Positions 47,044-55,867 of a stretch of DNA of 64,000 nt are shown piece by piece. The notes below the pieces were generated by a model that saw only the letters and a list, made by a program, of their open reading frames with translations, did not search any database and was not told the origin of the DNA. The position numbers were made by a program, and so were the translations under genes. Within the stretch, counting starts at the first letter, position 1; each line of letters begins with the position of its first letter. Where the stretch lies: the NCBI GenBank assembly GCA_029258825.1, contig JAPDKA010000003.1, positions 2,065-66,064 on the forward strand. Direction: 5' to 3'. The DNA is from an archaeon. Lineage in GTDB: Archaea > Nanobdellota > Nanobdellia > Pacearchaeales > JAPDKA01.

Positions 47044-50013
47044 TTATTTTTTATGAATTACTTCAAAAATCGATTTAATAGTATCGAACCAATATTTTTT
47101 ATAACCCTCCGAAGGCTTATTTTTATCTTTTGTAAACAAGAAAAGAAATACTCTTATTTTGAAATTGTTATGAGTAAAAGCCTTAGGTTTTTCTTTTTCT
47201 TCAAAGAATTTTCTAAACCAGTCAACTTTATGTTGATATTCTGATCTACCTATGCCTTTTGGATCTACAAACACAATAAAGTAGTTGTCTCCCTTAGCAA
47301 ACCAAAATATAAAATCTGGTTTAAACTTTCGAATTTTATTCGATTCAGGATCATAATAAGGTATAAAAACCTCGTCAAAATATTCATCTATTTTACTGAA
47401 TAACCACCAATCTACAGATATACTTTTTATATTTTTCTTAAGGAATTGCTCTAATTTCTCAATAAATTCTACTTCACTTTTTGTTTTTATCACATGTTTA
47501 ATGTAATCAATCTTTTCTTTTTCTGAAAGGATTAAGGGAACATAATAATGGTTTATTATATGTTTTATTCTCAAATCTTTAAATCTTTCTTCCTTTGAAA
47601 GTCTGGCAAGTTTTTCTATTTCGGTAGCGAATTCGTCTATTTTTATCTCACCTTTTTCAAGCATAATTTTTAACTCCTCTTTTCTCTTCTCAGAAAACCT
47701 AAATTGAGAAACATTTCTTATTTTTTCTTTTAGCTCATTCATTTCTTCTTTCGTTTTTAGAAATACTTTAATTTTCTTAAAATGCACTATTTCCTCCTCG
47801 AGTTTCTTAAATCTATCAAATTCTTCGATATCCAAATTAAAGTGACTTATTAATTTTTGTGCTATTACAAATAAGGGTAAAGTCGGATTGTCAACGATTC
47901 TATAATATGTGTTTGCATTTTGAAAACTTTTTTTTATATGTTGCAACAATTCTACAGACAAATTGTTTTGCATAAGTAGAACTCTATCGTCTATTTCATT
48001 AAAGTATTTTTGAAGTAATTCATAATCTTGTTGAGATATAATGAACTTCTGTGGTTCTTTTATTTGATACAATTTTTTACCAGAGAATTTATAAACAGGA
48101 ATTAAAAGTATTTTCTCTTTAGCTTCTTCAACCACTTCCAATTCAAGAGTTTCTTCTATCTCTTTCTCTATTTTTAATGTTTTTATAACTTCTTCCAGGG
48201 CACTTCTGTTTGTACCGAAAATGAATAACGTCTCTAAAGGCTGAACTAAAAAATCTCCACCAATTTCCATGAACATTTCGTCATCTTCTCCTCTATTGTA
48301 AAGATTTTTTAACCTCTTTCTTCTATCTTTAATAGGTTCTATTCTTACTCCTCTTCCAACAGATTGAATGACGAATTTCTTTGCTTCTGTACCAGTACCT
48401 ATATTTATGAAGAGAATTATATTTGGTCTGTTTGAATCCCATCCCTCATAGAAAGCTCTAGATCCCATTAAAATGCTTATATCTTCTCTTCTATCTAGCT
48501 CCTCAAATACACTCTTATCTTCAAATTGTTCGGTCGGAGTATATTTGTAATCTTTCAAGTTGTCTTTAACCCATTTTAGTGCGTTTCCTATTCTAATTAA
48601 TGCAAATGCTTTATGACTACTTTTCAATTTAAGTACTATTTCTTTATTCGTGCCTGGAATAAGGGTATATTCTACTTGACCAAATGAAGAAGAATTATAA
48701 ACAAATTTTAATATGTCTTGGAGAGTTATCTTTTTTAGAATATCTCTTTGAATGATTAGTGGAATACTCTCATACAATAGCAAAGGTTTTTCAGAAAGTT
48801 CTTGTAAGATTTCCTCTTTAGCCTCCTCAAAAATCTTGGTGTTGACATCACCTTTTCCAATTTTTTCTATTTCTTCAAAAAATAATTTTAGATCTGGTTT
48901 CTCTTGCTTTGCTTCTATAAGATTGACTGTGTTAACTAGAGTTAACATCAATGGCTCGTGATAAACATTTTTTACAACTTTTCTTATCTTTTTTGCAATT
49001 TTCTTAACATAAGTCAAAAGAATCAAAGATTTCAAAACAATTTTTTGCTTTTCAGCTCTATTATAATCTTCCTTTTCCCTAAAAGCCCTTATCTCTTGTT
49101 TTAAAATATAAATGTGCTTTCCGTAACCTTGGGAAATAAACTTTTCTAAGTTAAAGTTATAAGCAGTAGTTATTCTATCGTGCTCATCAGTAAATGTTGC
49201 TGAAAAATTAAATAAAAATCCGTTTCTACTCATTATGGAGTAAATAAATTTAGCTTTTGATTCTTGCATTTTACCTTTGTGTGCTTCATCCAAAATTATG
49301 TACCAGTTACCATTATTTTCATAATTTCTAAAATCTATTCTTACGATTCCTTTCTCGTCCACAACATTTGTTGATTTGTAGAAAAATACACAAATTTGAT
49401 TGAAATATGAAATTAAACTCTCTTTTTTTATTTTATCATACTCTGTCAACTCTGCAAGATTTACTTTAAATCCCCTTTCCATTGCCAATTCATTAAATTC
49501 TTCTATATGCTTCTTTAATTGATTTATTAAATCATCTCTATGAGTCAAAATTAGAATATCTTTCTTCGGAATTTCTCCAGCATCCATCAATTTTTTTAGA
49601 ACTTCTATTAATTTTACTATCAACAAAGTTTTCCCGCTTCCGGTAGCCATCCAAAAGGCGGCTCTGTTTATAAAATTCTTGAATTTTATATTTCCATCTT
49701 CTATTGGATAATATTCCTGAAGAATATTGGCTATTTTTCTCTTAACCTTTGCTAATTTTATATCTAAATTTCTTTCTAAATCTTCATCTAAACCATTAAG
49801 CACATATCTTTGATAAAATTTTGATTTATCTGCTTGATCTTCTTTGAAGAAAAGATAAAGTACTTTAATAGCATTTTTCAGTCCTTCTTGTTGAAAATCC
49901 CAAAGTTTTTTCTTTTTTGAAAAACTTACTGTATCTAATAAACTCCAAGGGGTAGGTAAATCATCAAAATTTATTTCTTCAACTATTGATTGGAGGATGG
50001 GTCTAAGGATCAT
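47044..50013 (-). CDS. res: type III restriction-modification system Res subunit
   Basis: MATGSGKT, LDEAH, FSAT, EGWD, QSVGRGVR, C-terminal PDFIF...VDPKG nuclease. Confidence 0.92.
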   Translation of the reverse strand: MILRPILQSIVEEINFDDLPTPWSLLDTVSFSKKKKLWDFQQEGLKNAIKVLYLFFKEDQADKSKFYQRYVLNGLDEDLERNLDIKLAKVKRKIANILQEYYPIEDGNIKFKNFINRAAFWMATGSGKTLLIVKLIEVLKKLMDAGEIPKKDILILTHRDDLINQLKKHIEEFNELAMERGFKVNLAELTEYDKIKKESLISYFNQICVFFYKSTNVVDEKGIVRIDFRNYENNGNWYIILDEAHKGKMQESKAKFIYSIMSRNGFLFNFSATFTDEHDRITTAYNFNLEKFISQGYGKHIYILKQEIRAFREKEDYNRAEKQKIVLKSLILLTYVKKIAKKIRKVVKNVYHEPLMLTLVNTVNLIEAKQEKPDLKLFFEEIEKIGKGDVNTKIFEEAKEEILQELSEKPLLLYESIPLIIQRDILKKITLQDILKFVYNSSSFGQVEYTLIPGTNKEIVLKLKSSHKAFALIRIGNALKWVKDNLKDYKYTPTEQFEDKSVFEELDRREDISILMGSRAFYEGWDSNRPNIILFINIGTGTEAKKFVIQSVGRGVRIEPIKDRRKRLKNLYNRGEDDEMFMEIGGDFLVQPLETLFIFGTNRSALEEVIKTLKIEKEIEETLELEVVEEAKEKILLIPVYKFSGKKLYQIKEPQKFIISQQDYELLQKYFNEIDDRVLLMQNNLSVELLQHIKKSFQNANTYYRIVDNPTLPLFVIAQKLISHFNLDIEEFDRFKKLEEEIVHFKKIKVFLKTKEEMNELKEKIRNVSQFRFSEKRKEELKIMLEKGEIKIDEFATEIEKLARLSKEERFKDLRIKHIINHYYVPLILSEKEKIDYIKHVIKTKSEVEFIEKLEQFLKKNIKSISVDWWLFSKIDEYFDEVFIPYYDPESNKIRKFKPDFIFWFAKGDNYFIVFVDPKGIGRSEYQHKVDWFRKFFEEKEKPKAFTHNNFKIRVFLFLFTKDKNKPSEGYKKYWFDTIKSIFEVIHKK

Positions 50014-50720
50014 AGTTTTTCACCAAAGTGTTTCTTATGAAGCTCTTTAATTAAATCTAAAATGTCTTGAAAATTAGTCTCCTCTATTTCTTTTTTAGTA
50101 GCGATATGATAAAGTGAATGTGCCATTTCATTAGCTCTCTCTTTAAATCTATCGGCTAATTGACATATTCTTTCTACAATTTTTCTTTCACTTTCAAAAT
50201 CCTTGCTATAGATACTAAGATTTTTCAATAAAACATTGAAATCGTGATTTCTTTTTCTATTAAAGTCAAAATACTTTTCTTTATGTTCTTTCTTCTTTTC
50301 CGGATATTTTTTCCGTAGAATTTCTACTATCAAGTTTTCTAACACTTTTCTCATTAATACAAAACAGGCAGTATAACATTTATGGGTGTATGTTTTATTG
50401 ATCTCATTGATATGAGCTTTTAGAAATTTGTTGTTAGTTTCAAATTTTGCAATTTCTATGATTTTTCTTTTTTTATATTGTTTAGGTATTTTAATAGTAA
50501 CCTTTTCTATTTTTATATTTTCCATCGACTTTCTATCTTCTTCTGATAAATATTTTGCAACAGAAATTCCTTTTTTTTTAGCAAATATATGTGCTGCGGC
50601 ATTTATTGTAAGTTGGGGGTAGTCCCTTCGTATTTCTGATAGTTTAGTTCTGATACTTCTTTCTTTACATCCGGTTCTTTTTTTTAAAATTTCTAAAATT
50701 TTAGGATTAAGTCTTTTCAT
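50010..50720 (-). CDS. HEPN-like (DUF4145/Abi_C-like) protein with N-terminal helical domain
   Basis: YTACFVLMRKVLENL helix and RANEMAH (Rx5H); stop overlaps the res start. Confidence 0.65.
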   Translation of the reverse strand: MKRLNPKILEILKKRTGCKERSIRTKLSEIRRDYPQLTINAAAHIFAKKKGISVAKYLSEEDRKSMENIKIEKVTIKIPKQYKKRKIIEIAKFETNNKFLKAHINEINKTYTHKCYTACFVLMRKVLENLIVEILRKKYPEKKKEHKEKYFDFNRKRNHDFNVLLKNLSIYSKDFESERKIVERICQLADRFKERANEMAHSLYHIATKKEIEETNFQDILDLIKELHKKHFGEKL

Positions 50721-50985
50721 TTTTATCGCTTGATTTCTTACGTTTTGAATAAAGGTAAGATGAAACGCTTCCTCGGTCTTTATATCCTAGAATATCGGCT
50801 ATTTCTGTTGGTGTGAAATTGAGAGAATGTAGTATTTTAACTGAAGTTTCAACTGTAAATTCTTTTTTACCTAAAATTTTGTGCAACTCTATAAAAAATC
50901 TAATAATCGCATTTAATCTTTTTATAACTTTTATGTTCTCGTTTTCTTCGCTCAAACGTTTTTTACTTTTTCTTTGTTTTTTCAT
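50707..50985 (-). CDS. small helix+HTH protein (paralog D)
   Basis: IKRLNAIIRFF...FTVETSVKILHSLNFTPTEIADILG; SD-like ggtg. Confidence 0.75.
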   Translation of the reverse strand: MKKQRKSKKRLSEENENIKVIKRLNAIIRFFIELHKILGKKEFTVETSVKILHSLNFTPTEIADILGYKDRGSVSSYLYSKRKKSSDKNEKT

Positions 50986-51160
50986 CTTTAACACCTTTTA
51001 TTTTACTTAAAGGAAGAATGTGACGTACAGTACTATCGTCAATATTTAAAATTTTTCCAATATCTTTTGAGGTAAGACCAACTTGTGCCAGTTGCAGAAT
51101 TAACAAAATAGTCAATTTTTTGTCGATCTCTTCTAACTTTTTTAATATTTTTTCATTCAT
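50963..51160 (-). CDS. small helix+HTH protein (paralog C)
   Basis: DKKLTILLIL...VGLTSKDIGKILNIDDSTV; SD gaggt. Confidence 0.75.
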   Translation of the reverse strand: MNEKILKKLEEIDKKLTILLILQLAQVGLTSKDIGKILNIDDSTVRHILPLSKIKGVKDEKTKKK

Positions 51161-51374
51161 TTTTCTTACCTCTTTTTAATAAGGATTTTTCTTTAGCCAC
51201 ATATTTTTCGGAGATGTCGAGTATTTTAGCAATGTCTTTATTACTTAGACCAAATTTAGATAATAGTTTTACCCCCTCTTTGATTGTGAGTTGTTTACCT
51301 TTAAGATTTAAAAATATAAGTACACTTAATTTTGCGCTTATTTCTTTGAATATTTTTTCTATCTCCCCTACCAT
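51153..51374 (-). CDS. small helix+HTH protein (paralog B)
   Basis: SAKLSVLIFL...LTIKEGVKLLSKFGLSNKDIAKILDISEKYV; SD ggtga. Confidence 0.75.
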   Translation of the reverse strand: MVGEIEKIFKEISAKLSVLIFLNLKGKQLTIKEGVKLLSKFGLSNKDIAKILDISEKYVAKEKSLLKRGKKNE

Positions 51375-51375
51375 T

Positions 51376-51630
51376 TTATTCACCATTTAAAGCTTTCTTT
51401 AATTTTTCTCTTCGTTTTTTAATTGTTGAAATCTCAACTGCTATATAGGATGGTTTTTTGTTTAGTAATTGTGCAATTTCCTTATAGTTTAATCCTGCAT
51501 TATACAAGGTTGCAATTTTTTCTCTAAGTGTAATTTCTTTTTCTGTATAACCTTCTCTCAAATCTATAAGTAACGCTATAATCATGTTAAGCTTCTTTAG
51601 TAATTGTTCACGAAATTCTTTTTCTTCCAT
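51376..51630 (-). CDS. small helix+HTH protein (paralog A)
   Basis: LKKLNMIIALL...ITLREKIATLYNAGLNYKEIAQLLNKKPSYI. Confidence 0.78.
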   Translation of the reverse strand: MEEKEFREQLLKKLNMIIALLIDLREGYTEKEITLREKIATLYNAGLNYKEIAQLLNKKPSYIAVEISTIKKRREKLKKALNGE

Positions 51631-51639
51631 AGTAATATT

Positions 51640-51735
51640 TTAACTAAATTAAACTTTAAAAACTTTTTGGTTATTGTTTTTTTTCCTTGAAAAATGCATT
51701 TTTCAAAAATGTGAAATTTAGTTTTATTTAGTTAA
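51640..51735 (-). promoter_or_regulatory. internal promoter of the HTH-HEPN-res unit with a 20-bp palindrome
   Basis: Minus-strand ccaaaaagtttttaaag (51654-51670); perfect palindrome ttgaaaaatgcatttttcaa (51687-51706); inverted repeat ttaactaaat at 51640-51649/51726-51735. Confidence 0.6.
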
Positions 51736-51736
51736 G

Positions 51737-54211
51737 TTACCACCATATTAACGGTTTAATTATCTTGTAATCCAAATCCTTAATGTTAATCTTTTCTTCA
51801 TCTTCAAACTCAACATAATCTTTTCCAACTTTCTTTATCCATTTTCCAAGCAAATTTGAAAGAGTTTCGGCTATGTCAATATTTTGATAAAGTTTTTCTA
51901 AATTAACTTTTACTTTCTTGTTTTTATAATCAATTTCCAAACCTTCCAATAATTTCAAATCTTTCATAAAAATGTATTGATTGTAAGGGTCTTGTGTTGG
52001 ATCAAAGAAGGGATCGGTATCAGCATATTTCACTCTTCTTAAGGTGTCCTCGTATTGTTCTAATTCATAATACTTAAAAAATCCACCACCTTTCCATCCT
52101 ACTTCTTTGGAGATTCCATAAGGTTCGTGATTCCCTTTTCCTGCTAAGACTTCTTTCATTCTTACTAAAATCCCACCTAAAATTTTTCTTCTTTCATCTA
52201 AGAAAGGATAGAAATGATCTCCCATTTCTATACCTATCCATTTTCTGTTCAATTTATGAGCTACTGCTGTAGTAGTACCAATACCTAAAAAGAAATCTAA
52301 TACTATATCTCTCTCTTTAGTACTTACCTCTATAATTCGTTTAAGAAGTCTCTCATGATTTTCTGTAGAAAAACCCCATGCAGGAACGACAGAATAACCA
52401 GGTATGTCCATCCAATTTGTGCCAATTGTCTTTTTATCCAGCAATATCTTAATTTTGTTATTTTCGATCTTCACCTTTCCTAGCTTGTATAATTTTTCAA
52501 TATTCTCTTGCGATTGTACCCATCTTCTAAATCTAGGTGGATAAAATTTTTTACCTTCTAATATAATAGGATCATTTTCCGCTTTAGAAGACGGACGAGT
52601 GCCTAAATCGACCCATTTTGGTTTTATGTCACCCCAGATAGAATTAAATCTAAATTTATCAGTTTTCGAATATACTAAAAGATTTTCGGTTTCTTCAACA
52701 AGATTTTTATCACCTGTCTTAGGAAGTCCTTGATTTCTTTTGATATCTATTTCATTCCTGAAATTTTCCTTACCAAAAATATCATCCATCAAAAATCTAA
52801 CATAATGATTTCCATGATAATCGATTCTCACATAAATACTTCCTGTATCTTTCAAAATTTCCTTAGCCAATCTTAACCTATTTTCCATCATTGTAATCCA
52901 AGCAGAATCTAAGAATCTGTTAATGTACATTGTAAATTCATTGCTTCCTGTGTTGAACGGTGGATCTATATAGATTAACTGTACCTTTTCTCTAAATCTT
53001 GGTAAAATTGTATTCAAAGCTTGCCAGTTTTCACTTTTAATTAACCAACCATCTAGTTCTTCATCCAAATTATCAAACAAACTCAAAATTTCAAGCTCTA
53101 AATCTTTGAAATACTTTGTATCGATTGGTAAATACTGATATTTTGGATTTAGAGATTTTCCTTTAAGAGTTGTTATAAAAATTTCTTTAGGATTAAACCC
53201 ATCATCAACGATTCCCAATTCTTTCCATTCTTTAATCTGCTCTTTAAAATTAGGATGTTTTAAAATTTTTTCAATAATTTCTATTCCTTTTTCTTTCTTA
53301 GCAATTCTATCTAATGTAATCACATAATTGCTATTCAAAACAAACTTTGGTTTCTGCCAAATTTTAACTAATTCATCTTCAAATTGAGAAATAAAATCAA
53401 TTATTTTGTAAGCAACTTCTTTCAAGACTTTTAGTTGTTTTATCCTTTCTGGCGTAAACTGAGTTTTATCTGAATAGACATATTGATAAAGCCACAAATC
53501 AAATTGCTCCTTCAAGAATTTATTAGCATTTTTATTTATAAAATAATCTATTTCGTTTTGCTTTTCAAAAACTCTAAAAGCTCTTTCTAAAGTTTCTTCA
53601 TCTAATACAATACCCTTCTCTTTTAATGCTTTCAAAATATCTTTTACTTTCTTCTTCCTTCTTCTTTCAGAATAATAAACATAAAAAACTATTTTCCTGT
53701 TTTCTATTCCCTTAAGTTCGTAAATTAATTCTCTTTTTTCCCAAGCCTTTTTATGCTGTAATTTTGATACGTCAAAGAAAAACTTAAAGCCGTTAATAGA
53801 CACTTCCATATTTTTTGGTTGAATGTCGGTTTTGACATAATAAAGCATGTGAGTCTTCCAAAACATCACAACATCTTTATTTTCAGTATAAACTCTTTCA
53901 AAAATCCTCTCACTGAAAGGAGTATGTCTAAAGTAAATAGATCCGCTCTCACTAAAGTATCTTTTAAAGAAACTATAAAGTTTATCAAACAATTCTTTTT
54001 TGAATGCTGGGAATTCTTTTGTTTTCTCTTCAATTTCTTCCTTCAGAATTTTGAAAATCTTATCAAAGTATTTTGATTTAATCCTCATTAGATTTATGTA
54101 CCCAGATTCTCCTTCTATCTCTTCACCTATAAAAACATCTTTTAAGGCTTCAAAGAATCTTGTTTCCCCATTTATAAACTGAATGTGCTCTTCACCCAAC
54201 CTTTTAGGCAT
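51737..54211 (-). CDS. mod: type III restriction-modification Mod subunit (adenine methyltransferase, beta class)
   Basis: KSENWQAL, IYIDPPFNTG, VLDFFLGIGTT.AVA, WIGIE, WKGGGFFKY; start placed at MPKRL. Confidence 0.92.
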   Translation of the reverse strand: MPKRLGEEHIQFINGETRFFEALKDVFIGEEIEGESGYINLMRIKSKYFDKIFKILKEEIEEKTKEFPAFKKELFDKLYSFFKRYFSESGSIYFRHTPFSERIFERVYTENKDVVMFWKTHMLYYVKTDIQPKNMEVSINGFKFFFDVSKLQHKKAWEKRELIYELKGIENRKIVFYVYYSERRRKKKVKDILKALKEKGIVLDEETLERAFRVFEKQNEIDYFINKNANKFLKEQFDLWLYQYVYSDKTQFTPERIKQLKVLKEVAYKIIDFISQFEDELVKIWQKPKFVLNSNYVITLDRIAKKEKGIEIIEKILKHPNFKEQIKEWKELGIVDDGFNPKEIFITTLKGKSLNPKYQYLPIDTKYFKDLELEILSLFDNLDEELDGWLIKSENWQALNTILPRFREKVQLIYIDPPFNTGSNEFTMYINRFLDSAWITMMENRLRLAKEILKDTGSIYVRIDYHGNHYVRFLMDDIFGKENFRNEIDIKRNQGLPKTGDKNLVEETENLLVYSKTDKFRFNSIWGDIKPKWVDLGTRPSSKAENDPIILEGKKFYPPRFRRWVQSQENIEKLYKLGKVKIENNKIKILLDKKTIGTNWMDIPGYSVVPAWGFSTENHERLLKRIIEVSTKERDIVLDFFLGIGTTTAVAHKLNRKWIGIEMGDHFYPFLDERRKILGGILVRMKEVLAGKGNHEPYGISKEVGWKGGGFFKYYELEQYEDTLRRVKYADTDPFFDPTQDPYNQYIFMKDLKLLEGLEIDYKNKKVKVNLEKLYQNIDIAETLSNLLGKWIKKVGKDYVEFEDEEKINIKDLDYKIIKPLIWW

Positions 54212-54335
54212 ACAAATTAAACCCAGCAAACTTTTTTAACCTTTTCTATCCCCGCACAGTCAAAAATCCTGCCGACTCAAAACCAACCTTACCAACCATA
54301 TTATAGAGCTTAATGAATTTAATGAATTTTACGTT

Positions 54336-55580
54336 TTACTTTAGTATGTATTTCCACAATGGAACGTATTCAATTTTATTTTCCTTTTTTTCAATATCCT
54401 CAGTTATTATTAAAATTTTCTTTGGTTTAAATTTTTTCTCAAAATAGGAGATATTTCTTATTTCGTTTTTTCCTATTTTCTTTCTGTACTTAACCTCTAT
54501 ACCAACAACATCTTTTCCGTTAACCACGAAGTCTACTTCCTTATTACCTTCTCTCCAATAGTATTTTGCTTGACTCTCAAACAAAACCAAATTTTCTGCA
54601 ATCTTTCCTTTTTCCTCAAAACCGTAAACAAGAGAAAAACAAGGGTGCGAAGGATAATACCTCTTCAATTTTCTTGACGAAGCCCTCCTAGAACCCTTAA
54701 AGTTCCTCAGACTCTTTATTAAAAATCCGTTCTCCAAATAAAAAAGATAATTACTTAAGGCCTGTCTAGTAATGGCCAACTCGTTTGCCACCTCATTTAA
54801 ATTAATCATTATTCCTGGCATATTAGCAATTATTTCGACAATCTTTCCAACTATTTCTGGTTCCCTAACATTAAAAAGCTGTGTAATATCCTTTAATACA
54901 ATCATATCTATTATACCCTCTTTCAAATATCTTTTTGCCAAAGTTTCATTTGCATTAATAATCTCTGGAAAAGGTCTAAGCAAATAGTTATTTAACTCTA
55001 TTTCTACCTCTCTTTTCCACAACCTGACATTTTCTCTGATTTTCTTAATATCTTTACCTTTTAACTCTAAAAATTCTTCAAACAATAAAGGAGTCAAATA
55101 AAAATAAAAGATTCTTCCAGCCAGGCTTTCCTTAGCTTTTAACATAACATTAAGAGAAGCAGATCCAGAAACGAAAAACTTCATATTAGGAAAAGCATCA
55201 TAATAAATCTTTAATTTATTCTGCCAATCTTTCAATTTTTGTATTTCATCGAGAAAAACAAAAATTTTCTCTTTTTGAAGGCTCTTAAGCAAGATTTCCT
55301 TTTCATAAAAGTCAAAAAGTTCTTCTAAACTTATAGAGGATTCATCAAAAGAAAAATAAAGAATATTTAAAGGATTAATTCCTCTCTTAATAAGATAATC
55401 AATTACTTGATACATCAAAGTTGTCTTTCCTGTTCTCCTAAGCCCTACTACGGCTATTATTTGTCTTACTTTCAAATATTTCAAAATTTCGCTAAAAAGA
55501 TTTCTCTTAAATTCTGGAACAAGTTCTTTCCTTACTTCCCCCTCCTTCCACCAAGGATTAAGCATCTCTATTACTTTCAT
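54336..55580 (-). CDS. COG1373 AAA+ ATPase (AAA_14/DUF4143)
   Basis: NPWW, GLRRTGKT, FLDEIQ, SGS, ESLAGR, wHTH NLNEVANELAITRQALSNYL, EVDF...IEVK. Confidence 0.92.
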   Translation of the reverse strand: MKVIEMLNPWWKEGEVRKELVPEFKRNLFSEILKYLKVRQIIAVVGLRRTGKTTLMYQVIDYLIKRGINPLNILYFSFDESSISLEELFDFYEKEILLKSLQKEKIFVFLDEIQKLKDWQNKLKIYYDAFPNMKFFVSGSASLNVMLKAKESLAGRIFYFYLTPLLFEEFLELKGKDIKKIRENVRLWKREVEIELNNYLLRPFPEIINANETLAKRYLKEGIIDMIVLKDITQLFNVREPEIVGKIVEIIANMPGIMINLNEVANELAITRQALSNYLFYLENGFLIKSLRNFKGSRRASSRKLKRYYPSHPCFSLVYGFEEKGKIAENLVLFESQAKYYWREGNKEVDFVVNGKDVVGIEVKYRKKIGKNEIRNISYFEKKFKPKKILIITEDIEKKENKIEYVPLWKYILK

Positions 55581-55642
55581 ATTAGTTAATTATAATTAAC
55601 TAATATTTAAATTTTTCGTTAACTATAATTAACTAATATTTA
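55579..55642 (-). promoter_or_regulatory. BRE-TATA (55604-55618) with 28-bp perfect palindrome (55579-55606) and 19-bp direct repeat (55591-55609, 55624-55642)
   Basis: atattagttaatta|taattaactaatat; tataattaactaatattta occurs twice, 33 bp apart. Confidence 0.75.
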
Positions 55643-55765
55643 CAAACCTATAGATGTTTTTCTCTCTGAAACCTGCATCAAAGCTAAACTCAAGCAACTT
55701 TTTGAATAATATTTCATATCATAAGAAAAATCTGATGCTGCTCTTAATTTAAGTTGGATTCTCAT
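55629..55765 (-). pseudogene. cas6: internally deleted cas6-like remnant
   Basis: N-terminus MRIQLKLRAASDFSYDMKYYSK fused out of frame to KKLLEFSFDAGFREKNIYRFVNIS*, resembling the decayed Cas6 G-rich loop. Confidence 0.55.
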
Positions 55766-55867
55766 AGTATAGTTTAGTAACACAATATTTTAAAATTTTA
55801 GTATTACAAAAACTTTAACTGCTAATCCTGCCTGAAACCCACGCCCAAAAAACAAATCTAAAAAACC

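Noticed and set aside
46913-47244. ORF 46999-47244 (+) and a short minus-strand fragment after res
   Set aside because: The first overlaps res antisense with low-complexity F/K content; the second is interrupted by stops
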